Shown here: one piece after another, positions 22,608 to 34,112 of the stretch
Layout of the letters: every line of letters begins with the position of its first letter
How positions within the stretch are numbered: the stretch's first letter is position 1
NCBI GenBank assembly: GCA_048013815.1
Contig: CM106586.1
Location: 12,028,001-12,092,000 of the forward strand
DNA: 64,000 nt
Direction: 5' to 3'
Source: Setoptus koraiensis
Lineage: Eukaryota > Animalia > Arthropoda
Position numbers and translations under genes: made by a program
Notes under the pieces: model-generated
What the model was told of the DNA's origin: nothing
The model's database searches: none
Seen by the model: only the letters and a program-made list of their open reading frames with translations

Positions 22608-24875
22608 CTAGTTGATGCTATCATACAGTCGCTTGATGTCTGACTCATAAAACTTTTCAATCTCTCTTCTTCGCAACTTAAACGAAGCAGTTATTAGGCC
22701 TGATTCCGCCGTCCATTCTTCCGAGACTAACTGAATTCTGAAAGGTATCTGATTTCGTTTTAGCCTATGCTTGATACCAACTTCTTTCAAAAAGTTTAAA
22801 ACTTTCTCTGTGATTTTTTTATTTGCACACAAATCTTTTATAGTCGCATTGGCGAGAATTGCTTCCACGGGATTCTCTTGCTGTCTAAAATCACCACTTG
22901 GCTTGCCATCAATCACTTTACTCAAAGAATGCATGTCTATCTCGTTATTTTTGATCATGCTTCTCACCAAGTTCTTCAGTTCAGACTGGTTTGGAACCAC
23001 AAAGGCAATTAAATAGTTACTAAATTGATTACAATGAACACAAATGTTATCAACGATGGGGGCAATCTTCAGAACTGATTCCACTTCGACTAAACTGACG
23101 TATTCACCACTCAATGGTTTCACAATATCTTTCTTTCTATCAATTATTTGTAGGACACCATCCGGAAGGATCTGTCCAATGTCGCCTGTGCGGAAGTATC
23201 TCATATTGATCTTTGGGTCTTCGTAGTAGGACTCCTCTGTTAGTTTTTGTTGCTTATAGTAACCAAGTGACACTGGTTGACCACCAATGATGATTTCACC
23301 CCTTGGATAGGGCTTGTCTTTAATCGTATAGTCTGACCAGTCTTCCAATCGAATGTGCACGAATGGATAGGGTGCACCTACAACTCCGTATCTATACTCA
23401 TGAATATCAGAGAATGAGGCCGCCGCTGAAGTCTCGGTGAGGCCATATCCTTGAATTACATTGAGATTCATCACTAATCTAAGATATCTTTGTGTGTTTT
23501 CCGATAGTGCCGCTCCACCAGAGCAAGCTCCTCGACATTCGCCACCAAGGATAGCCTCAAATTTGCTACAAATCAACTTGTTCATGATGGGCGTTGTGTA
23601 ACATCGTTCGTACCAATAACTCTTATACTCTTGCACAAACTCAATCAATTGCTCAAAGTATGGACCTTTCGCTTTCACTGCCAACTCAATGCTTCGCTTC
23701 ATTCGTTCTAGAACTAAAGGTACAGTGCCAAGAATTGTGGGTCTTATGATGGATGCATCGCCTTTTTGGCCTCGCTTGATCAACGGTGATTGATCTGTTA
23801 ATGTGAATGGAGAGGAATAGCCTATTGTGGAGCCATTGTGCATAAATATACACTCGGCAGCCAGTTCCAACACGTGACCCAATGGAAGATAGCCAATATA
23901 ACGATCCTTGCAACTGATGTCGCCTGGTCCAGAGAACGATAGCGCGGTATAGACTATATTCTTGTGTGTTAACATGACACCTTTGGCGAGGCCCGTAGAT
24001 CCGGAAGTGTACATCAGAATGGCAATGTCGTCTGCTTTTGGTCGCGCATGATTCGTTTGCGGCTTAAAGTTGCCATTTTCCTTTAGGTCATTGTATTGAA
24101 TAACCCTGATGTGCCTATCCGGTTGTGAGTCATCATTGGTTTGCTTGAAATTGAAGCTTCTCAGATCATTTGTGACATCTTTTTCGCCGGGCAACGGTTC
24201 GTCCAACACTATTATTGTATCAATATTTTTGGCTCGCGGCACCAGCTTGTACAAGCGATGGGCAAACTTTTGCGATACAACAATTATCTTGATCTCGGTC
24301 TCATTCATGCTATGCAAAATGGGCTCGTCGTCCAAAGTTGTATAAGCGGTGGACACGGTGACGTTGATACGGAAACAAGCCTGTGCGAACAGAAACCATT
24401 GCATGCAAGTATCTGCTGCTATCATCACTTTGTGGGAGCCATCGTTGTTGATTAAGTTGTCCTTACATAAATTGAGCAAACCACTTGCCAGATCAATGAC
24501 AGACTTCTCAATCTGTGAATAAGTTTGCCAGGTATACCCATCATCGAATATATATTTTGAAACTTTATTTGAGCCCGGCTCATATTCTACCGCTAATATC
24601 TTTCTGTAACCAAGCGCATCTTTTGGCCCATAAAGTTGAACGGATTCTCTAAATAATTCGTCAACGGTATTTAATTTATTGTTACAAAACAATGATTTTT
24701 TCTTGTCATTATCCAAATTAACCCATGTTCTCTCGTCGATACGTTTTGCCCTTTCTCTGTGAACCAATTGTCTTTTTTTCCATGGTTGCATACAAAGATA
24801 ATATATCGGTAATGTTATAAAATCATACAGTGTCACGATTAAGCGTAACAGTTTCAACGATATGAACATTGACAT
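22608..24875 (-). CDS. ACSL3: Long-chain fatty acyl-CoA ligase, ACSL3/4 type, 755 aa, intronless
   Basis: AMP-binding motif IAILMYTSGSTGLAKGV; QGYGLTET; YPRGEIIIGG; FRTGDIG; IIDRKKDIVK; GEYVSL. N-terminal hydrophobic anchor. Paralog assignment (3 vs 4) is not resolvable here. Confidence 0.93.
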   Translation of the reverse strand: MSMFISLKLLRLIVTLYDFITLPIYYLCMQPWKKRQLVHRERAKRIDERTWVNLDNDKKKSLFCNNKLNTVDELFRESVQLYGPKDALGYRKILAVEYEPGSNKVSKYIFDDGYTWQTYSQIEKSVIDLASGLLNLCKDNLINNDGSHKVMIAADTCMQWFLFAQACFRINVTVSTAYTTLDDEPILHSMNETEIKIIVVSQKFAHRLYKLVPRAKNIDTIIVLDEPLPGEKDVTNDLRSFNFKQTNDDSQPDRHIRVIQYNDLKENGNFKPQTNHARPKADDIAILMYTSGSTGLAKGVMLTHKNIVYTALSFSGPGDISCKDRYIGYLPLGHVLELAAECIFMHNGSTIGYSSPFTLTDQSPLIKRGQKGDASIIRPTILGTVPLVLERMKRSIELAVKAKGPYFEQLIEFVQEYKSYWYERCYTTPIMNKLICSKFEAILGGECRGACSGGAALSENTQRYLRLVMNLNVIQGYGLTETSAAASFSDIHEYRYGVVGAPYPFVHIRLEDWSDYTIKDKPYPRGEIIIGGQPVSLGYYKQQKLTEESYYEDPKINMRYFRTGDIGQILPDGVLQIIDRKKDIVKPLSGEYVSLVEVESVLKIAPIVDNICVHCNQFSNYLIAFVVPNQSELKNLVRSMIKNNEIDMHSLSKVIDGKPSGDFRQQENPVEAILANATIKDLCANKKITEKVLNFLKEVGIKHRLKRNQIPFRIQLVSEEWTAESGLITASFKLRRREIEKFYESDIKRLYDSIN

Positions 24876-26722
24876 TTTGAGTTTTCACAATTCATGAGTT
24901 TAACAAACAATTGTATAAGTAGTTTAAGTCTAGTTAGGCGTGTGGATAAGAACGGTTGAATCGGTATCTCTCTTATAGAAAAAAAACCATTACTGTTATA
25001 TTAACAACGGGGAAGCATTACAAAAAAAGCTTGTCATACGATACTTGCAATAGTATTTGATTAACTAGATCAGATGTGATATGGAGTGTGTGGAAAACGA
25101 TATTATTATTTACTTGTTTATATTAGTGACGACAACTCTTCATTCCATATCATGACTGAAGGTTGGTGTTATAGATAGACTTATTTGTGAACTTGTTGTA
25201 TAGTTGTTTGTATTGAATTAACAATAAAACTTCATTACAGCGTTTGGTCACTAGTACTTCTGTTAGGTACACACTCGTGCCTTCAATTGTGAACAATCCT
25301 GCTACAAAAATCGTTACTCTCCGAATCGCTCTATCTTTCTCTCTCAATGAGCATCTCTCTTGTCAGTACATTTGCAACGATTGGCGCTATTAGCTCGGTA
25401 TTACTTCCAACTTACATGTTTGATCAATCATCGTTTAGATGAAACAACAACCTATAAACAACTTGTTGATAGCTTTCTTTCCTAGGCGCACATATATCCA
25501 CTAATAACAATGCATCAGCTCATCATTTAATCAAGATTGTTGTCACAGTTTATTGAAGGTTCTCTAAACAATCCAAATGGAGCCAAACAAAATACCGTCA
25601 TAGAGAGATGGGCCTGTTGAGTTGCATATTTGCAAAGCAGCGTTTGTTATTTGCTCAAGATTCTATATGTCGTTAGTAAAACGAAACATAATTCGTCAAC
25701 AATACCAGTGGCATACCTAAATATAATCATCAGTATTATTTGTTATACAATGCCGGAGATTCTTAGAATTTAAAAGAAACTAACTCAGAATTAGTTCAGA
25801 AAGAATACCGCAGGCAACTCTAAACACTATCTTATCGAAAGTTATTGAAGCCACTATCTCCGCTCTATCTCTCTATCTCTCTCTTTCTCTCTGAGTAGAT
25901 AACTGATGTACGACTTAATTCATAAAATCAATCAATTATTTACCACTTACTTACACTTTGTTCATAGTAAAGTAAGTCTACTATTGGTTCATACAAGCAG
26001 AAATTAAAGTATCGATTAGTACCATTAGATACCATCTCACCGGCTTATCAATAGATCATCTATACTTTTATATATTCTCAATTGATAATTGTTTATGTGA
26101 CTTTTTGTTGTTTAGATTTGGAAATGTGATGAATTAGGTACTATTTTTTTGCTGCAAATATGTCACTGAACTTATTATTCAGTTTCTGATCAGATTATCA
26201 TGTATTAGTGATCCATATCCTCTACACATTTCGGGTTGCCATTATAATGAGATAGAAATTAATTATTTTCTTATGAAAAAAAAAATCGGTTCGCATATCA
26301 AGTGTAATCCTGTGCCTCCTATATAATCTCGATGAGTCTGATTGCCGTCAGCCACTCACCGAAATGTGCTCATCTTGTAGAATGCAATATACAGACTTCT
26401 AAAAGTAATGATAACAACCATATTGAATTGTAGATAATAGCAACAATTCTATCTAGTTAGTATAATCATTGTTACACTTGGAGCTAATTATTACAATATT
26501 TTATTGTATTCTTATTGTATGATAGTAGTTTCCTGACAATATTGATCAATCAGTATTGTTATTTTATATCGATATATAATCATTAAATTACATCATTACA
26601 TATTGATATGTACATACATCGGTCGATAGTGAATATATATATATTATAATAACTTTATACATATAACCAAACATAGTTATCTGTATTTATATAATATATG
26701 TAAAGTCAAGTGATGAACCGAT

Positions 26723-27313
26723 TCAATCAGTGTTTTTTTTGGTGATATCTTCCTTGGATTCGTCGGTTTTGTTGGTTGAATCTTTGTCTATCGTCTTTAC
26801 AGGCTCTGCTGGCGGATCTCCTTCTTCGACATTGTCGGTTTTTTGTTCCTTTGTTTCTAAGGTGTCTGGATTTTCACTCTTCTCATGCGTAATCTCAGAT
26901 TTTTTTTCGGGAAGCTTACAGCTCTCCTCTTCAGATTGACTCTTCTCTTCGGAATGTTTGGAAATTTCTTTAGAGGGTTCACTCTTTTCCTCGGTAGTTT
27001 CGCTCTTCTCTTCGGCTGGTTCGTGCTTCTCTTCAGAAGATTTACTCTTTTCCTCAGTAGGTTCGCACTTCTCTTTGGAAGGTTCGGGTTTCTCCTCAGG
27101 AGGGCTATCTTTGACCTCTGCAGTCTCGCTTTTTTCCTTGGGAGGCTCTAGTTTCTCTTCAGAGGGCTTACTTTTTTCCTCAGTAGACTCAGCCTCTATC
27201 TTGGGCTGCTCAGACTTTGCCTCAGAGTGCTCGTTGTTTTTGTCTGGAGTTTCACATTTATTATCTTCCGATGATTCGTCGGATAATTTACCTTTCTTGT
27301 TTGCCGAAGATTG
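26723..27313 (-). CDS. Exon 2 of a disordered Glu/Lys/Ser-rich protein with 7-aa repeats (352 aa total)
   Basis: Acceptor (C)10TTATAG at 27315-27314. Stop-free for 196 codons to TGA at 26723. Missed by the ORF track because it has no start codon. Confidence 0.8.
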   Translation of the reverse strand, partial: QSSANKKGKLSDESSEDNKCETPDKNNEHSEAKSEQPKIEAESTEEKSKPSEEKLEPPKEKSETAEVKDSPPEEKPEPSKEKCEPTEEKSKSSEEKHEPAEEKSETTEEKSEPSKEISKHSEEKSQSEEESCKLPEKKSEITHEKSENPDTLETKEQKTDNVEEGDPPAEPVKTIDKDSTNKTDESKEDITKKNTD

Positions 27314-27444
27314 CTATAAGGGGGGGGGGAAGGAAAAGACAGGAGAAGTTGGGGAAAAGAAACATGAACAACAATTAAAACTGTGAACCATTGATGGCTA
27401 TTTTGAGAAGCAGCGACATCTGTAGAACGGAATAGTACACTTAC

Positions 27445-27912
27445 AGCTGAGTTAGTTCTCTTGCGTCGCTTGGTCTCCTGGATAATTGGTGTTGGTGGGG
27501 TTGGCGCACCACCTCTGGTTCGGCTTCTTGTCAGCCTGCGATTGTCGTCAGTAACAGCCGGTGATACATTAGTAGAATCTGCTTTCTTGTTTGTTTTCTT
27601 TACTTCTGCACAATCCATGGCCACTTCGCCGGTGCTGGCCGAGTCGCCGTTATCAGTTGTTGCTGTTTTCGAATGAGGTAAAGTTTCATTCTTTGTCGAA
27701 TTATTCATACTAATATCATTGTTGTTGTTTTGTGATTTATTAATATTGGTTGCTGTATTATTAGATTGGTGATGTTGCTGATTTGGCAATTTAACAGCAG
27801 CATCGCTAGTGGCCTTGCTTGGTGATTCATCTATACATGTTGCGCCATTGCTGTTGGCATCTGACGGTTTAATTTTGTCATTCGTTGGCTGCTGAACAAT
27901 CTCTTGCGACAT
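27445..27912 (-). CDS. Exon 1 of the disordered E/K-heptad protein (MSQEIVQQ...RRLTRSRTRGG...KRRKRTNSA)
   Basis: ATG at 27912. Phase-0 donor GCT|GTAAGT at 27445/27444. 131-nt intron. Basic NLS-like KRRKR. Confidence 0.8.
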
Positions 27913-28381
27913 AATGGCTAGAGGCTATGAGGTTTATGTTAATAGTATTGTTACACTAATGATTGCTAAATAAAACTAAAATAAAATGGTCAAATATTCC
28001 AAATTTGTGTAATAATAAAATGATCCAATATATCTCATTCCAAATTAGAGTTATCTGTTGTGTGTTATTGCTTGCAATCAATGTATAGTGCGCGTGTGTT
28101 TGTTTGTATTAGTGCAAATCAAATAAGCATCTAATAATTTGAGTTTAATTGTATTTGTCGGATAATTCAAAACGATTTTAATAATAATTAATTATCTATC
28201 TATGGCGTTTGTGTGTGTAGACATTACACCATTGCTTGAAGCCGATCCGCAATTGTATACAATGTGTACATAGGCAGCATTACACCACCATGGCCTATTG
28301 AGAGAATGTGTAAATTACGCTGTGCCAGTAGAAACGCGTGTTCACAAATGTGTTTGCGCTTATAAACAAACAAAAGCACTA

Positions 28382-28799
28382 GAGGGTGTCAGGAGCGAGC
28401 GGGCCGTGTACAGAAGCACTTACGTGGCGCATCGGCACACAACGTACAAAGTAACCTTGTGTGCCTCTCTCGTCGTATGAGAAAGATTGCACCAAATGAG
28501 CGCCAAACATGCTCACAATACTGCTGGAACACAAACTGTGCGAGCTGAGCAAGCTCAGTGTGGGTAAGGTTTTTCCGATGCACCTAATTTGGTTTGAAAA
28601 GAGTCCGCTAGGGCGACGCTGCACCTATTTTGCCGTGCGACGAACTACCGAGTAGCGCCTCTGGTGGATCACCCGAAAAACTATTCGGTGCACATTGGAA
28701 AATCTCACGCAGCATGCAGTGTTTTTGTGCGGGATATGCACTGTGGAAGGCAGCGTAGGGTTATCAGTAGAAAATTGCCCGCTTGCTACTGACACCCTA
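28382..28799. mobile_element. MITE-like element, 418 bp, 23-bp imperfect TIRs, TA-flanked
   Basis: Left gagggtgtcaggagcgagcgggc (28382-28404) versus the reverse complement of right 28777-28799, tagggtgtcagtagcaagcgggc: 3 mismatches. TA on both flanks (28380-81, 28800-01). No transposase inside. Confidence 0.65.
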
Positions 28800-29292
28800 T
28801 AAAAAAAAGAAGAAAGCGTTGCACCGTGCACTCTTTGGCGCTAACACCACCAAATCGCTACACAAGCACCCGCTCTCTGGACAAAATTGGCCCGTTTGGC
28901 GCGTTTGTGCTGTTGTCTAAAATTAGTGCCAACTTTGCTAGCATTTGATCTGCAGAAGGTACGCCCCAGATTCTGCAAAATCATGTCCAACATCGTGGGC
29001 CTCATTAAATGAAAGTGCGCGCGATCTTCTATCGGTAGCGCCACTTTTAAAATCTAATGGATCACATTCACCTGGGCAGGTTAGAGTAAATGTTGCTTCT
29101 CGAAATTCTATCCTACTGTGAATATGTTTCTGAATTCCCAGGATGGGAGAAGGTATCACACAACTATAATCTTGTGAGACATTATCTCGTTATTTAGTTA
29201 TCAAAATCGGAAGTTGGATAAAGAAATAAAAAAGTTCGAACAATGATTCACGACACGTTTGATTCGCATTCGAATGAAAAGTTTATTGAAGC

Positions 29293-32076
29293 TTAGTCGT
29301 GGTCTCTACGATGGCGCCCTTCGTGCCTATCCCTATCCCCTCGATCGTTTCTATCCCCTTTGTCATATCTATCGTTGCGTTCTCGTTTATTAAATGTACG
29401 ATCTCCGCCGGCATTATTACGTCTGTCTCCACCGCGATCGACACCGAACTGCTTGACGTCCCAAACACGATAGTTCTGATCTACAAGGTAGTTTATCTTT
29501 TCGGCCATCTGAAGAGCTAAACCTTGTAATCTCGAAGGCTCAGTACGGTGCATGACCACAGATTGTGTGGGCTCATCAAGCGAAGCCATTAGTTCCTCGT
29601 TGATTATCATCTTACTAACTATACTGTGAACAGTTGACTTTTCCAAGTCAAACATTTTAGAGAGGACCTCCATCGATATGGAGTCATATACATTACTATA
29701 GGTGAATAGGTATGCTCTTAAGGATCCTTCGCGTATTTTTTGCTCTAACATCGCACGGACAGAATCTGATTGGTGGAACAAGTTCCATACTTTCAAATTA
29801 ACCTTTTCATTTATAATCAGGTCTCGACACTGCTTCCAATTACCGACACGCATTGCCTTCGATGCAGCTACGACATGTTCCCTTGTTGTCTCAGGCAAAC
29901 CAACAAGTGGTTGCTCCTCACTTTTACGCAACTGATTGTAGAACAATCTGCTTATCATCTTCTTGCGAACACTGAATTCATTAGCGGCAACATCAGGCAT
30001 CTCAAGTAACATGCTAGATACAAGATAGACACATTCGAGTAGGTCCAAATTAATATGCTTATGGAAGGGAACCTGACGGCGGCGCTCCAACTTTTCTTGC
30101 TCCGGAGTTTTCTCTTGGTGGCGAAGAGGAAGTCCTTGTGCTAGAAACTCTCTGGCTTTACCCAAAATTTGTATATCAAGTAAAGCTGAATGGGAATCTT
30201 GAATATAACCTTGCCTGAAGGCACACAAACCTAACTGGACAAGGGCGCGATTATACATTATCTGTAGAGGAACATCAGCCTTGCCAATGTTACCTTGTAG
30301 ATGAGACATCAGCATAAGATCTCGAGCTTCGAAATAATTATCGTGAAGTGCGTGATGATATATGTGAGCCAGAATGGCGCGAGTAGTGGCTCTTGCAGTC
30401 GTATCATTAGAGTATATGTATTTGCACAATTGATTCATAACATCAACACTACTGTTGGTAATCAGGTCCTCATCCGATTTGCCTTGATCCTTAATAACTA
30501 TTTCTACTTGACGGAACCTAGGATCTTGATTTTTGGGTTGATTCTTTTCTTGCTGTTTCTTTTGCTTGATAACATTATCGTCGAACTTGTAGTAAAGATG
30601 ATCAATCTTAAGAAGATACACTCGACAAAGATCGTTTGGCTTTGTTTCTTTAGTTTCGACGTACTCCTGGAGTCGGTCTATGATTCGGCATACAGTTCTC
30701 TCATGTTTCAGACGTTCCACATATTCTGGGGAGTGCGCATCACTGTTCTGCAATATTTTGTTGAACTCTTCGTCCATGCGTTCGATCAACGCTATTGGAC
30801 ATCCACTAACTTGATATGGTTCCTTTTCATACGATTCGCCATCTTCATCTATGGTGCTACTAACATTCACGGTTAAGTTGGACATTAGTGTATCAAGCAA
30901 TATGTTTATATAGCGGAGGACCTCCTCCCAGATACTAACTTTTAGACAGTCTGACACGTTAGGGTTGTACTCGAATAAGGAAGCGATGATACCAAGAAGT
31001 ATCCTAATCTCAATTGCTGGTCCTAGCTTATACTGTCGGGATAAATTTAGTAGCTCTACAAGCATTTCGGTTTGGTCACTACGATCTACTCGTTTCTTTC
31101 CTCTCATGGCTAAAACTTCTATGAGTTTCTTGAGAACATTCTGATGATTTATCTCAGAATCGGAAGCAAACATTTTGGGCCTCTCCCCGCCGCTTATGAG
31201 ACCACCTCGTACTTGCTCCCATCCTTTGTCATCTTCATCTTCATGTCCTTTACGTTTGTCTTTTGCCGACTGTGCCTTGACCTTTTTGGTCCTTTTCACA
31301 GTAGTCTCTTTGTCCTTTTCATCTTGACGTTTCAAGAAACGAGCCGCTAAGTTATCTCCATACTTCTCATCATCTGAGCTCAAAGAGCTCTCGTCTGAGG
31401 AGGAACCCCAATCAGAGTCATCTGATTCTGATACGGAAACTTTGAATTTTTCTTTGTCATCTTTGACATCTGCCTCTCCGACATCTGACTCTGATTCTGC
31501 ATCATCGTCAGCTTCAGACTCAGATTCGGAAGCCTCAGCCTCTGACTTATCTGACTTATCGCCATCCTCATCATCGGGGGATTCCCGGTATGAATCGATT
31601 TCGTTTTGCATCGATTTATTGTATTTACGGAGCTTTTGGCGCAATGATGAGAAAGCTTTAGAGTTGTTCTTGTTCATACTCTTGCGGGCGACTCGGTCTT
31701 CCCAACATTGTTCAACAAAATCCTCCAGTTCCACTAGTGACCTGATCAAAAATCTGGGAGTTTTTCCATCCGACTCTTTGTCGAGAATGGATTTAACTTT
31801 AGCATATTTTCTCGTGAGCTCTTCGAAGTCAGGAAGAATTTTGGTAAAATCTTTGATCTTTTTGCTGTTCTTAATTGATTTGATGAGGTCGTGAATTTGT
31901 TCAGAATGTTTATCTTTGGCCGACCTAACTTGCCGCTTTGTGTCCTCTTCATCGTCACTGAACGAGTAACCTCCTCCGATTTGAGCACCTGCCGGTCTCT
32001 GTGGCAAGGCCTCGGCCTCTGGTTCGGACGACTCAGACTCCGAGTCTGATACAGCTTTGAAAAATCTGCTGCTCAT
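29293..32076 (-). CDS. EIF3C: Eukaryotic translation initiation factor 3 subunit C, 927 aa, intronless
   Basis: MSSRFFKAVSDSESESS; FSSLRQKLRKYNK; ARDLMLMSHLQ; RRQVPFHKHINLDLLECVYLVSSMLLE; C-terminal PCI domain; RD-rich tail. AATAAA immediately after the stop (29287-29282). Confidence 0.98.
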   Translation of the reverse strand: MSSRFFKAVSDSESESSEPEAEALPQRPAGAQIGGGYSFSDDEEDTKRQVRSAKDKHSEQIHDLIKSIKNSKKIKDFTKILPDFEELTRKYAKVKSILDKESDGKTPRFLIRSLVELEDFVEQCWEDRVARKSMNKNNSKAFSSLRQKLRKYNKSMQNEIDSYRESPDDEDGDKSDKSEAEASESESEADDDAESESDVGEADVKDDKEKFKVSVSESDDSDWGSSSDESSLSSDDEKYGDNLAARFLKRQDEKDKETTVKRTKKVKAQSAKDKRKGHEDEDDKGWEQVRGGLISGGERPKMFASDSEINHQNVLKKLIEVLAMRGKKRVDRSDQTEMLVELLNLSRQYKLGPAIEIRILLGIIASLFEYNPNVSDCLKVSIWEEVLRYINILLDTLMSNLTVNVSSTIDEDGESYEKEPYQVSGCPIALIERMDEEFNKILQNSDAHSPEYVERLKHERTVCRIIDRLQEYVETKETKPNDLCRVYLLKIDHLYYKFDDNVIKQKKQQEKNQPKNQDPRFRQVEIVIKDQGKSDEDLITNSSVDVMNQLCKYIYSNDTTARATTRAILAHIYHHALHDNYFEARDLMLMSHLQGNIGKADVPLQIMYNRALVQLGLCAFRQGYIQDSHSALLDIQILGKAREFLAQGLPLRHQEKTPEQEKLERRRQVPFHKHINLDLLECVYLVSSMLLEMPDVAANEFSVRKKMISRLFYNQLRKSEEQPLVGLPETTREHVVAASKAMRVGNWKQCRDLIINEKVNLKVWNLFHQSDSVRAMLEQKIREGSLRAYLFTYSNVYDSISMEVLSKMFDLEKSTVHSIVSKMIINEELMASLDEPTQSVVMHRTEPSRLQGLALQMAEKINYLVDQNYRVWDVKQFGVDRGGDRRNNAGGDRTFNKRERNDRYDKGDRNDRGDRDRHEGRHRRDHD

Positions 32077-32547
32077 TATTCGCTAATATGATTGACAATA
32101 ATAACGGGATGGTAGTTTTGTAATAAGTTAAGAGATATAATAATTTAATTAGTATGCCACCGAATGGACTGATCCCGTAGCCTAAAATTGATAATTCAGA
32201 AGTGTGTTGCTAACATTTGCTAGAATGTGGACAGGATGCGTTTGATGTCCGTCATGCTATGTTCTGAGTGCTCGGAGCGGGAACTTTGAATGATAATTTT
32301 TTGTGTGCGCCCTTAGATACAGTACAGCTTTTCGTCCTACAGTAAACTCGTCATCAAGAAAACAAGCTTTTGACTCATAGAAACTATACAGCTGTTTGGT
32401 CGTTGAAATTCTGACACGAAGGATGACGCGACTTTAAAGTTCTTTATTCTCTACATTGAACAGTCTTTATCTGGTCATTAGATGAAATTTGATCAATTAA
32501 CCACGAATCAACTAATAGTACACAGATAAAATACAACAGCATAAATC

Positions 32548-32893
32548 ATGGTGCTCCTAACTATGATCGGCCGAATCTCTGATGGACTCCCGTTGGCTGC
32601 ATCAGTGAATGACACAGACTTTGGAGGAAAGAGCTCCGTTGAATATCAAAATCAAGCGAAACAGTTATTCAAACAATTGGATAATAGATGCCCACCACAG
32701 ATGACTATAGAGACCGGTTCTTATGTATTCCACAATTTAATAGAAAATGAAATCTGCTATTTATGTTTATGTGATAAAACATTCTCCAAGCGGTTGGCCT
32801 TCTCCTACCTGGAAGACCTCGCCACTGAATTTCACAGACTCTACGGGAGCCGTATGTTAACTGCGACAAGGCCTTATTCTTTTATTGAGTTCG
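32548..32893 (+). CDS. SEC22B: SEC22 vesicle-trafficking SNARE exon 1 (longin domain)
   Basis: MVLLTMIGRISDGLPLAAS, AFSYLEDLATEF and RPYSFIEF. Donor G|GTGAGT at 32893/32894. Confidence 0.95.
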
Positions 32894-32996
32894 GTGAGTT
32901 TTTGCCTCATTCCATGAACTGTATCTATTGTTAATCAACCCTAAAGCAAAATTATAATACCTTAAATCGTTTAACAATATATTTCCTCAACCACAG

Positions 32997-33292
32997 ATAC
33001 TTATGCTCAATCTGCTCGAAGGAAGCTCAATGCTGCTAGATCAAGACGTAATATAAATATGCTTAGTAATGATCTACAAGACGTTCAAAGGATAATGGTT
33101 CAGAATATTGGCGATGTTCTTCAGAGGGGTGTAGCTATAAGTGACCTTGATTCCAAAGCTAGCAATCTATCATTGATGTCTAAAAATTATAAAAAAGGGG
33201 CTGGACTTCTAAATGCTAGAGCTACATACGCTAAAGTGGCCGCTGGTAGCGTAATACTATTGTGTTTCGTGCTTTATTTTTGGGTATTGTAG
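32997..33292 (+). CDS. SEC22B: SEC22 exon 2 (SNARE motif and C-terminal TM); 213 aa total
   Basis: Acceptor CCACAG at 32996. Splicing gives FIEFDTYAQ, then DLQDVQRIMVQNIGDVLQRG and a TM tail. 103-nt intron. Confidence 0.95.
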
Positions 33293-33449
33293 GACGAAGG
33301 TACAAGTATCCCCAGGGACCTCGCATGTTATTATTATTAATCTATTCCAATTATATCTTTAATATCACAAATGATTGTATCTTAGACATAGATACACAAA
33401 CACTGATGTATATAAACGACAAGCTAGATAATTAAAGATCAATTCTACT

Positions 33450-33800
33450 CTAGGAACTGTCACTATTGCTATTGCTTTTGCTTAATTCTCTATCTAGTGT
33501 TTCTTTGGCTCTCACTACTTTAGATTGTAAGTAGAATGACCCTCCCTTGCGTCTTTCGTTGACATCAAACAAATGCTTAAACTTTCTATCTATTTCATCT
33601 TTATCTAGCCGATTATTGATATCTAATATTCTTCTAGCCTCATCTAGGCTCATCCCATTCGACCTAGGGGTCGGGTTAGTGGGTGTCCTACCGGCGGCCT
33701 TCTGGGCTGACTGTTCAAATTCTTGTTTTATAGCTCGCGTGAATGCTCTAGCGACTATTTGACCTCCTAGAACGATGATTCGAGTGACAATTTTAGCCAT
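33450..33800 (-). CDS. PAM16: Mitochondrial import motor subunit TIM16/PAM16, 116 aa
   Basis: MAKIVTRIIVLGGQIVARAFTRAIKQE; GMSLDEARRILDI; HLFDVNERRKGGSFYLQSKVVRAKE. ATG at 33800 (the track start is TTG). Confidence 0.96.
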   Translation of the reverse strand: MAKIVTRIIVLGGQIVARAFTRAIKQEFEQSAQKAAGRTPTNPTPRSNGMSLDEARRILDINNRLDKDEIDRKFKHLFDVNERRKGGSFYLQSKVVRAKETLDRELSKSNSNSDSS

Positions 33801-34112
33801 AGTCAATAAAATGATTTATTAATCGATGATAAAGCTTCGAGAGATCAACTCATAGTTGAAGCAGTTGTAAATAGGACCATGTGAGATCAAACAATGTGAT
33901 CGATGTAATACTAAACAATGCACAAGAATTTGCGTTTTTATAATTTAAATTTCGCGCACCTTACTGAGCAAGCGCAATGGTGCTTTTTGCCACATTTAGT
34001 TCATCCGGTGCTGGATGAAATGTGTGCAAGATTTAGTTATTAAAGCGTGGTGATAAGAATTGATTGGTAGAGACAAGCCAAGTTCCCCTATTATTTATCC
34101 CTTATCAAATTA

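Noticed and set aside
26120-26195. C/D-box-like TGATGA...CTGA
   Set aside because: No terminal stem or recognisable rRNA guide, and the motifs are expected by chance in AT-rich DNA.
29050-29165. H/ACA snoRNA-like stretch (AGAGTA, hairpin, terminal ACA)
   Set aside because: The first hairpin overlaps the putative H box and no target was identifiable. It needs Infernal/snoReport to evaluate.
33991-34025. Hairpin TTCATCC/GGATGAA in the PAM16-RPL6 promoter
   Set aside because: The stem is short and there is no evidence of function.
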